64,000 bases of DNA from NCBI RefSeq assembly GCF_020745735.1, contig NC_083422.1:33914001-33978000 (forward strand), given 5' to 3'. Below, in pieces: positions 1 through 11,919 of this stretch; position 1 is the stretch's first letter; every line of letters starts with the position of its first letter. A model generated the notes under the pieces. It ran no database searches. It had not been told where the DNA came from and saw only the letters and a list, made by a program, of their open reading frames with translations. The position numbers and the translations under genes are program-made. The stretch comes from Hemiscyllium ocellatum. Taxonomy: Eukaryota.

Positions 1-19
1 CCTTAGTCTTAACCATAAT

Positions 20-171
20 GGGCAGCATGGTGGCACAGTGGTTATCACTGATGCCTCACAGCGCCAAAGACCCGCCTCGGGCAACTGTCTGTGTGAAGTT
101 TGCACATTCTCCCAGTGTCTGCGTGAGTTTCCTCTGAGTGCTCCTGTTTCCTCCCACAGTCCAAAGATGTG
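20..171 (+). mobile_element. HE1-type V-SINE, 5' half (tRNA-derived head plus V-domain), truncated
   Basis: GGGCAGCATGGTGGCACAGTGGTTATCACTG...TTTCCTCCCACAGTCCAAAGATGTG matches the full copy at 50307-50615. Confidence 0.9.
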
Positions 172-642
172 GGATCCTACTCCTGGATTCTGGAAGCCTC
201 CATGACTCTCTCCTTATCCCGGTAACGATGGAACTGCACCAGGAGAGGACGAGGACGTTGACCCAGATCCGATCTCCGACGCGATGAGCCCTCTCTATCT
301 TCAATCCTCTCATGCCAGCCTCCAAGTCAAGGAATTTGAGAAGCCAATCCTCAACGAATTCCGCAGGCCGCTCACCTTCCTTACCACCATGCAGACCAAT
401 GATCTGAATGTTTTTTCTCCTGCCCGTTTTCAAGATGATCCACTTGCTCACGCAAATTACGGATCTGCATTTTCAGAGCTTGGATCTCATCCTTGGATGA
501 GCTGGTATCAACTTCCACCACTGTGACCCTGTGCTCCACTTCATCCATCCTCTTCTCCAGGTCTCCTAGCTGCTGCTCATGCTTCTGCAGCATGAGAGAT
601 ATTGGAGACAGCTTTGCTTCAATCTGCTTCCCAGACATCTCA
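172..642 (-). mobile_element. L1-clade LINE ORF1p fragment (coiled coil plus RRM start), frameshifted
   Basis: ORF 381-650 is coiled-coil-like (LEKRMDEVEHRV...LREQVDHLEN). It continues in ORF 56-451 as GRRKNIQIIGL..G.EG...IERAHRV, the L1 ORF1 (Transposase_22) signature. Confidence 0.85.
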
Positions 643-644
643 GG

Positions 645-1132
645 AGTCACTAATAACCATGGATGAGGTGCTGGAAGACTGGAGGGTGGCTAACATAATG
701 CCATTGTCTAAGAAATGCAGTAAGGAAAAGCCAATGAACTATAGACCGGAGAGTCTGGAGCAAAGGCTAAGGAGGGACCTCATAGAAGTTTATAAAATTA
801 TGAGGGGCATGGATTCAATAAATAGACAAGGTCTTTTCCTTGGGGTAGGGGAGTCCAGAACTAGAGGGCATAGATTTGGGGCGAGAGGGCAAAGACATAA
901 AAGCAACTTAATGTGAAACTTTTTCACACAGAGGGTGGTGTGTGTATGGAATGAGCTACCACAGGCCGGTACAACTGCAACATTTAAAAGCCATCTGGAT
1001 GGATATATCAATTGCAAGTCTTTAAAGGGATATGGGCCAAGTGCTGGCAAATGTGACTAATTAGTTTGGGATATCTGGTCGGCATGGACAAGTTGAACTG
1101 AAGCGTCTGTTTCCGTACTGTACATCTCTGAC
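645..1132 (+). mobile_element. CR1/HER1-type LINE fragment with large internal deletion and 3' end
   Basis: EDWRVANIMPL..K..K..P.NYRP jumps directly to RLRRDLIEVYKIMRG, followed by the CR1 3' UTR. Confidence 0.85.
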
Positions 1133-1139
1133 TCTTACT

Positions 1140-2280
1140 GAACATTTGAAAAAGTGACAAAGAAGATTGATGAAGGCAGAGCAGTAGATGTTGCCCACAC
1201 AAATTTCAGCAAGACATTCGACAAGGTCCAGCATGGTAGACTGGTTAACAAGGTTAGACCACATGGAATCCAATGGGTGCCAGGTCAATTAGATACAAAA
1301 TTGACTTGAGACAGAGGGCGAAGCTAAGGGTTATTTTTCAGACTGGTGGCCTGTGACCAGTGGTGTGCCAAAAGGAGCGGCACTGGGCCCATAGCTTTTC
1401 ATCATTAATATAGATGATTTAGATGTAGATATAGGAAGTATAGTTAGTAAGTTTACAAATGACACCAAAACTGGTGATGTAATGGAAGGTGAAGGAGGTT
1501 ATCTTGTATTACATCAGGACCTTGATCAGATGGGCCAAGTAGTGGCAGAAGTTTAATTTAGATAAATGTGAGGTGTTGCATTTTGGTAAGGCAAACCAGA
1601 GCTTGCAGAACTAGGGTAGTGTTGCCAGACAAAGAGACCTAATGGTGCAAGTGCACCGTTCCTTGAAAAGGATGTTGTAGGTAGACAGGGTGAAGGAGGA
1701 GGGCAGTGCATTGAGTATATGAGCGATGCCATGTTGTGGCTGTACTGGACACTGGTTATCCCACTTTTAAAGTATTGCACTCAATTCTGGAAAGGCATTG
1801 TTAAATTTGAAAAGGCTCGGAAAAGACTTACAAGGAATGAAAGGTTGAGCTATAGGGAAAGGCTGAATTGTCTGGCTTTTTACCCTGAAGCGTGGGAGGC
1901 TGAGAGGTGACCTTATGGAGATTTATAAAATCATGAAGGGCATGGATAGGGCAAATAGCCGAGGTTGCTTCCCCCCTCCCTTCTCCTCCCCCTCCCAACC
2001 TAGGGTAGGGCTGTCTAAAACTAGGGGGCATAGGTTTAAGGTCAGAAGGGAATGATTTAAAAGGGAACCTTTTCACACAGACGATGGTGTATGTATGCAA
2101 CAAAATGCCAGAGGAAGTGGTTATTTAAATTACAACATTTAAAAGCACCTGTTGGATGGATACATAAATAGGAAAGATTTTGGGATACGGGTCAAATGCT
2201 GGGAAACAGGACCAGATAAGTTTAGGATATCTGGTCAGCATGGATGAACCAAAGGGTCTGTTTCCATACTATATAACTCT
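1140..2280 (+). mobile_element. CR1/HER1-type LINE, decayed RT-to-3' end fragment
   Basis: Decayed DEGRAVDV / VTSGVP / KFADDTK / LYWTLVIPLLKYC motifs and CR1 3' tail. Confidence 0.85.
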
Positions 2281-3628
2281 ACCTACACTCCACCATATCA
2301 CAGACTTTCACACAAAATAATTTATGAGCAAGACGCTTGGTTTTGGACTACTTTGTCTTTAAGCTGCTCATTAAAGAAGCCAGTTACCCCCATTTGTGTG
2401 TTTTGTTGGTACCAAAACATCATGACACTCTATACAAGATTCCCTACCCATAATGATCACTACACCATAAAGTTGCTATTTCCCATAGCCTAGCTACTTT
2501 AAATTCCTGCAGATATGCCAGGTATTGCTGTAGTAAGTAATAAGCACAATATCCTATTCATCATCAACCTACCAAATGCCAATTGTTCTATCATCCATAA
2601 TAATGTATTGTTAAAACACTTGTTCCAATGCATTCTGAGACAGCATCCCACCCGCCATACTATGCAAAACTGATACTCAGTACATCCCACAAGCTCCACT
2701 CAAAAACCACCCACCCTTATTAATCTACAAAGTCTTTAAAGGGACAACACACCCAATATAAATCCCTCATCCCTATTCAAATTTCTTCATAAACTCTCAT
2801 CATCACCTCTCCACATTCACACACCCCTCCAAAGCTTGTGTTTCCACCATTGTAGCAAATTGTATATTTCCCTCTTCGATAGGGAAACAAAAAAGTTCAA
2901 CTTTGTTTAAAAAAAGTTTTGCCACTTACAAATATGTTGCAGTAGACAGTCCAGCTGACAAACAAAACAGCATGTTATTTCCAGAAAGGACATGTCCCCG
3001 GGTCAAAACACTGGTGCCCCTTGTTGCTCTTCTATCACTGACACCATTTTGATTACGGGCAGTTAGCATCTCTGGCTGTCAGTGGCACAACAGAAACAAT
3101 GGGCAACCTGCCGTAGGTTAATTATACATTTCTCTTCTATTTATGTAAGTTATCAAAGCAGTAGCCAAGGAATTAGCCACACAAGCGTCAAATACTGGTT
3201 GAAGGAATTTTAAACATTGCGTGAAAAAATCTAATGAAGGAGTTATTGTTTGCAAAAGGCCACAATATTTGGAAACTAGAATCGGATTATAGCCGATCAA
3301 CAAGATGGCCGCCACGTCAACCTGATGTGAATGCCGGCGCTCAATCTCAGACTGAATTCCCAAAACCAAGATCCCCTTCATTTCGCTGGCTTTTGACTTG
3401 GCAGAAATAAGATATCGATGTAACACTACATTCACTCGCCCCGATGCCACAAAACTAGGGCGAACAGACACGAAAATGGAGATGCGTGTGGCAGCTCCGG
3501 CCTAGTGGTTTCAGCGCCGGCCTCCAGCTCAATCAACGCCGGAGATGTGATGGAGAGAGACGGGGCCAGCCACGCACTATGTGAACAACCGGCCTACAAC
3601 TTCACGCTTCCCATCCCCCGCTACCTAC

Positions 3629-3825
3629 CTTCTCGTCCTCTCTATTTTGAACCTGAACTCGAATCGCCGTTGACTTCACTCGGATTGTTCCAAAAGGCGC
3701 TCCCGCTGTACCCGTCCTGGCCGCTCCCAATCCTTTCTCCTGATTGGTCGGTTTGAACACGGGCCGTTTTGGCGCCTATTTGCCAAGCGGATGTGATGGT
3801 AGGGCGCCTGGTCACGTGATCCCCT
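3629..3825 (-). promoter_or_regulatory. CpG-rich cell-cycle/housekeeping promoter with probable non-coding first exon (donor AAG|GTAGGT, exon ends 3629); probably BUB3 by synteny
   Basis: CCAAT boxes 3727-3731 and 3743-3747; CHR-like TTTGAA 3752-3757 and 3646-3651; E2F TTTTGGCGC 3767-3775; E-box GTCACGTGA 3811-3819; YY1-like CAAGATGGCCGC 3301-3312. HMX3-HMX2-BUB3 are co-oriented neighbours in other vertebrates. No BUB3 coding sequence is visible, so the identity is inference. Confidence 0.6.
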
Positions 3826-6716
3826 GTGCCCAGGTCAGTTCCTTTAAGTTGCAATATCCCAACTTCAACTTGAACGAGGAACATTGAAACACAAGGACAT
3901 TTTTAAATCAACGACGGAAAGGTCCTATAAAGGAACTATAAATTTTTAAATATATTGTTTGATTTCTTTAGGGCAAAGCATACAACATTGTGACGTTGTG
4001 CAGCAACTTTGTAGAGATGCAACAGTTCAAATACTTTGAAAACATAGTATTCATAAACACACAATATTAATGTCAATGTTAAAATTTTGTAACTTACTAC
4101 ATGCTTTTTTTATTTTCAATCACGAAGGAAGTAACCCTTAATTTTTTAATGGGAATGCAATACTGTAACGTGTATGCATGGAGATTATACCGAGTGTATC
4201 GCTAGTAAATAGCATGCAACCATAATAAATGAATGTTACCTTCCTGGGTGTTATCCAGATAATCAATACTTTGAGTTAATCTACATTTATTATCAATGCA
4301 TGGTCTTAAAGATTATTGACGCTCGTCATAAGATAGACATATACGTTTGAATTTATGTGGTTAACTTTCAATACATGTACTTCATTTTCTATAATTCAAT
4401 GTTTTTGTTAATATTGCAAACCAATGTATTTGGAGTACCTATTGTTATTGCTGTAAACGTAATTGCGCCCTTCTCAAAAATGATCCAACGAATTAATACA
4501 ACTGAAGATTTTGGAATTGTTTTCAATTGGTCATAATGGTTTTCTTGATGAAACACGCCCATTCTATCTTTCAAAGCATTGTTTAAATTTGTCACGTTTG
4601 AGGATTGTATCAGTTCTATTTGAACTTTCTTGTTTAAATGATTGCAATGCTATACAAAGATGTCCTAATATACTGTGTTTAAGTCGCGTTTGATTCTAGC
4701 GAAGACTTCACTTTCGGTGTGTACTCATTCACGTACACGCAAGTACAAAGTACATTATATTGAGTAATATTGTACAATGGAAAATTTGAAACTATCATAA
4801 TCTTCCTGCTGTCACGCATTATGTTGATGAGCTGTTACTATTTTTAAAATAAGTTTTTTTTCAATTAAAATGATAGATTAGCAGGTGCTTTCTGTTTTCC
4901 GAAACTGTAAATTCGCTGTCTAATATTCTATCCTATAGTTCAAGCGCAAGTTAGACCTTGTCTTGACTGCCTTGTTATGCAACATGTTTATGACAATAAC
5001 ATAAAAAATCCATATGCACCTTTCAAATAAAAGAACCGCTTGTTATTTCAATTAAAATTCAATTGAGTAAAAATATAACCAAAGTGCCCTTTTCATAATG
5101 AAGGCGAATATTCAATTTGGTAAAAAGCAATAGAAGCACAAATGATCTTTGGAGAACATATTATTGCAATCTTGAGAACGGGTAATTAAATGACAAACGA
5201 TAAGTATTATCGTAATTTGTTTTGTGCTGATAGACAACAGAACTTCTTGCAAAAAGATATGGAGTTTCAAACTGGGTATAAGCATCTCATTTACGAATCA
5301 TGTACGTTGATCAGCAATTTCAACAATATTTGAAAATAATAATTACTCATCTTAGAAACGTCTTAGTAATGTAAAATGCTTATTTTCGCCAAGGAGAAAT
5401 GTGAATGCATGTTTCACAAAGTGGCGCATGACCGTAATAAAAATACACATAAACCAAGTGAAAGTTTCTCCTCCAGATTTTCTTAATTATTTGTTGCATC
5501 CGAAATGTATTAATGTGTCGAAATTATTATAATAAATATATTAAATTTAAATGTTAGGAGACGCACTACGCTAATTTGTCGATGATAAATGTAATTGTCA
5601 ATCACGAGCCTCATTCTCCATGGTTAGTTCAAAACTTCAGTCTTGGCTCTTTTCTATTATTTAAGATTGTCATTCTGTTGCAGTGAATAATGTTTAACAT
5701 TTTTGTTAACATTTTTAAAACTGAGTTTAATAGAGTGAAAAGGTGTGTTTATAAATTATTTAAATTAAAAAATCGCCTCTCAACATTTTGTGAACACCCT
5801 GAATTAATCTTACCTTTACCCAATGTACTATCCTGAACCGAAACTTATTCCTTATATCAAAGGTACTGAATTTAAGAATATAAAAATATCTGAAGTATTC
5901 ATGTTTGGACGGTGTTATTGTATTACTACTGTTATGTTTCAGGTTTTTGTGTTAATTTTGTCATACAAATTATAAGATTTGAACGTACTGCTTGTGAAAA
6001 CTCCGAGATATAATCTTCTTCTCACGAACTTTCAGGCTCAGCTAAGACAAAAACATATTGCTTTGGAAATACAACTTTCCCGCAACAGTGCACATAACAT
6101 TGAAGATATGTTTTCTCTGTTTCAGATTTTCAATGTATTAATATACCGCATCCTTAATTGTGTTTGACAACGAATATACATTTGTCTGAATTTCCTGTTG
6201 TAAGTAACATTATGCCAGACTTTTTTGGTGAGTGAACCAAGTCTCAGTGTAAAAAAAACGCGTGAATATTATTTCTCCAGTGTCATTGTTACCTATTCAT
6301 TGCTCTTGCCAAAAATTCTATTATGTCATAATAAATTTCTATAATCAAAGTCCATCAATACCATCAGATCGGAAGTATATAGTGTGGTTCTCTGTTAGGC
6401 ATGAAGAAATGTTTTTAAAATCCGTACTGTACATTTTTCGTCATGTGTGTTTTTCATATTCTGATCGTTACCTTCGTATTAACGTTTTTATCATATTGCG
6501 CCCGTCTGTAATTTTAAGTGTCTGATTTTCAAATAAATACTGCAAATAATCCATATATACACGGTATATTTAATACAATTTATAGAGAAGCACATTGTCT
6601 TTATAATTATGCAAGTGGCTGCATATAAGAAAGATATATTTTAAACAGATACGGATATTATATAAATATACAATTTAATTGTTAAACAATTATAAAGAGA
6701 CGTGGAGCAGAAAATG

Positions 6717-7258
6717 TCAGTATTCGATTTTGTTGTAGAGATTGTAGAAGGGAAGAGCTGTAAGGTTGTTGCCTGGGTAGTACAAAGGAGCTGGGAATGC
6801 AATTGATCTGGGGACTGGAACCCTCAAAAGGGAATTGTCTCTGAAAACGAGAGGCATTCCGACCAGAGTCTGCGCTGACGCGTGGGCCATGTTGGCTGCC
6901 TCGAGTTCTGCTGAGAGCTGTCGCTTCCACTTGTTCCTGCGGTTCTGGAACCAGGTTTTGACCTGGGTCTCTGTAAGCTGGAGGCTGGTAGCGAGGCAGG
7001 CTCTTTCCGAGCTGCTAAGGTAACGCTTCATGTCGAAAGTGGATTCTAGTTGGTAGACTTGGCTGCGAGAGAAAACAGTGCGAGTTTTCTTCTTGGTCGG
7101 ATTCCCTTGTCTGTCTCCCTCTCTCTGTCTGTCTGTTGATGTCTGCATGCAATTTTTCTCTTTCTCTTCCTTGTAAACCTGACCATCTTGTGACAGGTAC
7201 TGCTGCTGCCTCCTCTCCGCACTTTCCTGGCCAGCGGTGCCAACTCCTTTAGTATTAC
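6717..7258 (-). CDS. HMX2: Homeobox protein HMX2 (Nkx5-2), coding exon 2 (homeodomain and C-terminus)
   Basis: Acceptor TTTTGATTTTTAG|GT at 7259/7258, phase 1. Encodes [59 protein letters not shown] and the HMX2-specific tail [28 protein letters not shown]...LYNKIEY, then TGA. Confidence 0.97.
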
Positions 7259-8305
7259 CTAAAAATCAAAAACAAATAGCATTTCTCAGATACATTCTTT
7301 GTAATCCTCATCTTTTCACTATACCTATACCTCTAAATGAAAAGAAAATTCACTCGCACTGTCTATGCGGCCAGAATAATGGACTGATACAGAATTTACT
7401 TTTTTTTAATTCTCCTTCATTCTGGAGCTTATGACATGCGTCACTCCCTGGAATCTTCATATGAGGAACTCCCTTTAAGTATAACGAAAATTATACAAGG
7501 TGTCAAAAAAGAATGAACTTTATTTAACACTTGGTGATAAGAAAACACGTTTCTAATTCTCTAGCTATCTCGGCAATGAATTAGCAAAGAACCCCAAACA
7601 TGTCCCACCTATATTTACTGTCAATCTTGCAAATTGCCGCTGTTAATCTGGCTTTGTAAACGCTCAGCTAAATATGACCACGAAGCGCATTGCCTAATTC
7701 CCATTGCAATAAACTGTGTTAAATTTGATTTCAATAAATAGTCGTGTAGATGTGTTATTATTCAGAGTCAATATGTTGTCAATGATGGAAGAAACAGAAG
7801 TGCTGTTGTCTCTTACCTGGGTTCCAGTCACCATGTAACTGTTAAACTTCATTCCCTGTAATTTATTTACTGAATGACCATGTTATTTTGTGTAATTTAG
7901 GTGCGGAAAACAAATTGAGTGAATGTTTTCTGTCCGCAGTAAAATGTGAAATCCCTTTACGTTTGCAAAATGCAGCTTTGCCGACTAAATCCCATCCCAA
8001 ATATAAACAGTCGGCTGATGGTATCTGATCTGCCCAGAGTTTCCAGCATTTTCACTTTTTAATGAAGAGTCACTGTTGACGTGGCCGATAGTACTGGTGC
8101 CTGCTTGGACGTTAGCGATAATCGTGCAAGAGACAAGCATATACCATATAGGAAACTATATAAAAGAGCGCTATAAACAAAATCAAATTCAAGGGGCAAA
8201 GGCATTGTATCTCTCAAACAAAATTATTTTTTTTTCAAAACTATTCGCCGAAAGAAGTTGAAGGTAATGATGCACCGTAAATATAAAGATTCTTGCTTCA
8301 CTTAC

Positions 8306-8570
8306 TCACACAAGTGTAGCTGATAGTCTGGTGTCTGCGACAGGGCTCTGTGGGGCCAGAGTCAGAACAGAAGCAGGCGAGGTCTTTGTATCCTTCCTCG
8401 GTTAACTCTTCGTCCGAGGAGTCGGACAAACAGCGCTTCCTCGCATTTACCTTTGCATTGTCATTGCAACCTGTGCGTTCTTCCTCCGACGAGGTCCCAA
8501 GTATGGACTGTATCGTAAAGCTGGAGATCGGGGCAGGGGAACACTTTGTGATGTCGTCTTTGTTGCTCAT
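8306..8570 (-). CDS. HMX2: Homeobox protein HMX2, coding exon 1 (eh1 motif)
   Basis: ATG at 8570 (MSNKDD), eh1 SSFTIQSILG, ARKRCLS, ACFC. Donor TGA|GTAAGT at 8306/8305 is phase 1 and in frame with exon 2. Spliced CDS is 807 nt, 268 aa. Confidence 0.95.
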
Positions 8571-8689
8571 TCTGCGTTCATAAAAAAAGGAAAGAAACTT
8601 ACTTACAATCGCTTGTAGGAGTGTGAGGCGCCGTAAATTGTTGTGGCTTTGTTCTGCAGTCGTTTTCCCTGAGCATGCACGGGCTGAAT

Positions 8690-9015
8690 GCATTCTCGGC
8701 GTCCCGTAAACCTGTATTGATCTGCTGCCGAGGCAGTGGCGTTGGCTGATTTGCATGTAGGTTTGAGTTGCTGCAGCCAATCAAAAACAGCAGTCAGTCC
8801 CGGAAATTTTTGAACTTTACACAAGCTGAGGGATGATTAGGTTAAGCCAAGAATTTGATTGATTGTTGATGTTTTTGAGATGGTAAAAACATTCTTGCTT
8901 TGAAGAAAGATGATGCAATCCTGTGTGACAATAGATACTGCCCCAATAGGCGCACGTGGTGACTCTGATGTGTTTAAAGTTTTACTGACCTAAAGGCTGC
9001 AGTACAGGTCAATGT
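8690..9015 (-). promoter_or_regulatory. Putative HMX2 proximal promoter
   Basis: Octamer ATTTGCAT 8749-8756, CCAAT boxes near 8777 and 8943, E-box CACGTG near 8953; lies immediately 5' of the start codon. Confidence 0.5.
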
Positions 9016-11059
9016 GACTGGCCAGATCCTCGCCTCAGAGAAAACTATATATTACTCCTTGAAAATCAGAACTGGGGCTACTCACAGTTGCAGGCTTAAA
9101 AAGATTGGTGGTTTCAGTTAGTAAGTGACTTGTACTTAAGGTTCTGGGGCAATGGTTAGGTAGGTAGTGGGTGTGGGCTGCCTAGTCGCGATGAAGCCGA
9201 ATTTTCACAATCATGAAATGTTATTGGCGAATTTCAGGGTAAATACATTTCGCATGGGAAATTAACTCGCAAAATTCTCGTTGTTTTTCTTTTTGAAAGA
9301 TCCAGAAAATACCAAAATGGTGAACACGCCTTCACTCCATTGAATCAGATTAGATCTGGCTCGGTGCAAGCATTTCCGCTTTTATTTACAATGCGGTAGT
9401 GTGAGCAGTTACTAGACTATGAGTGAAGTAGGTTGTAACATAGTGTTCAAAGCAAATACAAATCAAGTTGGGATATGGTGCAATGTGCAAACCACGAAAC
9501 AATTATTTCTTAAAAATCCAAATAAGACTGCAGTTGAGTTTTCACGTCACGTTTAATGTAGGGGGAGAGGAGGATCGTAATCTCATTTGAAGCCATTAAT
9601 ATTATAGTGGAAAATGGTGACAAATTCAGCAAATAGCAAAATATATTCGGGATTTGAATTACCGTAGTCTGATTTCATGTCTAAGGTTGCAATTGTGCTG
9701 TGGTTGCATATCGAGACCGTCACTTACTGACATTATGGATCAAATCAGGCTACCAGTCTGTGGAAGATAGAATGGGTGGCCAATAGTCTTAAATCAGGAA
9801 CAAACATTGATTGATTTTGGTTGATGATGATTTCTGATTGCTAAAGATGTGAATGGAACCTACTGTCATCTTATATGGTCCTTAACCGAAGGCTGAATAA
9901 GCTTGGTCATTTAGCGACGATCAACTTTTGCGAAATAACTGAACATAACATTAGGGCAGTACTATTGAATGGGGAAATGGTGGGCAAGTTTGGTTGAGGT
10001 GGAGCCATTTAAACGTTACCAAAGTCTGACTGCTAACTAAAGCGATTATTGTAAATTTGTTTCCCGGTCTGTCCAGTGGTTTGGAGCTGGAAACAAGAGC
10101 CATCTAATATTGCACTCTAAGACTGGAGAACTGAAGGATGCTTATTTTCCTTTTATGGTGGATTTGGCATGAGAGTTGCGTTAACGCACGGTTGAATTTA
10201 TGAATAGTTGATTTTGTAGTTTATAAACTGGCTGAAAACTAACATTCAGTGTGGTTAGAGGGTCAGGAACCAGGTACAACAATTAGATTGGATGCACATT
10301 TCGTGGCGTCAGGCAGCATGGCGACGACGGGCAAGATGCAATACGAGATTGCAACAGACATTCAACAAATTATTGATATTACAGGAGGAAAAAGAAGATA
10401 AACAACTTAGTAAACGGAATTGATGCTAGTATTTTAAAACTCATCGTTAGTATTCAATTGGACTGCGATTGCCAGTGGCCAGATACAGTTACTTGCCTTT
10501 CCTATTGGAATGGACGGGATTGAATAATTTATGTTAAACGAACCCTCCTTTATGCTTGGATCGATCGTTAATTCGCCACGGAGATTATAGTGTTTTGGCC
10601 ATTTCATGTTCCATTCCTGAGGTCAGGGATAGAAGCAAACTAACTGGAATAAAGTTTCCGGAAGTTGAATTCCATAAAAGCATTTGAAGAGCTGCATGTC
10701 TAGTTGTCGAAATAAAATTCCAGACGTTGAACTAAATAAATAGAGATGTGCAGCTGGATATTTGTGGACTTGCATCTAATGTGTACTTAACAATTTATCA
10801 AATAATACGGATTGCGCATAAGTACTCAAGACCAAGCATAGAAAGCACATTTTAAAAACATCCACGTTATAATAAGTCTTAACCGCGATTTGTAATCACT
10901 GTCACTGTATATGTTACTGACACTTTGCAATAGATCTTATGGAACAGCAAAGTCGTGCAACATTGGCAGCCGTTGTCAGAGACACAGTGAACAAAGTGTA
11001 GAGGTTTTCAAATGCCAACAGATATGCAAGCGCTAGTAACATACGTGTATGGAGCACAT

Positions 11060-11215
11060 TGGACAGTCAGTTGATTAGTGAATAAATTAATCAGTTCCTT
11101 GATCGATGACAAAATTTCCAACACCCCAGCTAGATTAGTTGAGGTAGATGTACATTAAGAAGTGGATTAATTTATGACTGTCTAATTGAATCCTGGGTTT
11201 AATTAAGGAACTCGC
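11060..11215. promoter_or_regulatory. Candidate enhancer/CNE (homeodomain-site cluster)
   Basis: Dense TAAT cores, GGATTA, TTTATGAC, TAATTG and TTAATTAA within ~150 bp of repeat-free intergenic DNA. Confidence 0.35.
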
Positions 11216-11919
11216 TGGTTAGCCGGTTGATCGAAGTCAGATGCACCTATCCCATAATCTGAGCATTTCCCAGTGTACAGATATGTGAAAAATTGGAATA
11301 ATACATTAACCGTACTGACCAGGCAGAGTTTATAGCATGACATGATTTTGAATAATAACGTCCTGATAATAAACACAAGCTAGAAATTTGCTGATTAGAT
11401 TTAAATCTCTTTCTAGGTACATTAACTCCCTCAAAGTATCGCATTACTGATTTGACTGGCAGTTCTAGTTTGCCCATAAAGTTGCTGGATTGTCGAAAGC
11501 TTAGCATGATCCCTTCTATTGATTATCTCATTACACTGTGGAGTCTTGTAAGCATGAGATTAATTGAAGCTAACTTTTGAGTGGGCTGTAATGATCAAAT
11601 GCATAAAAAAAATCACTGATCTGACTTTTCCGATAAGCAGAACTTTGACATCAAGCTTGACTTTCATCACAATTAGATTCATGTTATTTATAAATTACAG
11701 ACCTTGGCGACTGAATCTTAACAACTGCCAAAAAGCGTCTTGATATATAAATATGCTTTGATTGTCATAGATATTTGGACCTTGCTCCAAAATCGAGCGT
11801 TTTTATTACGTTAGACTAATTCCAAAACAGCAGTATCTAATAAAATCACTTCTTCATATATCGTGTGTTATTTGTAAACGTGGATCTTGCTAATACTTTG
11901 CTTCTAATATTGAAGCTTT

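Noticed and set aside
8986-9011. TGACCT-n14-AGGTCA nuclear-receptor half-site pair
   Set aside because: The spacing does not match a standard response element; likely chance
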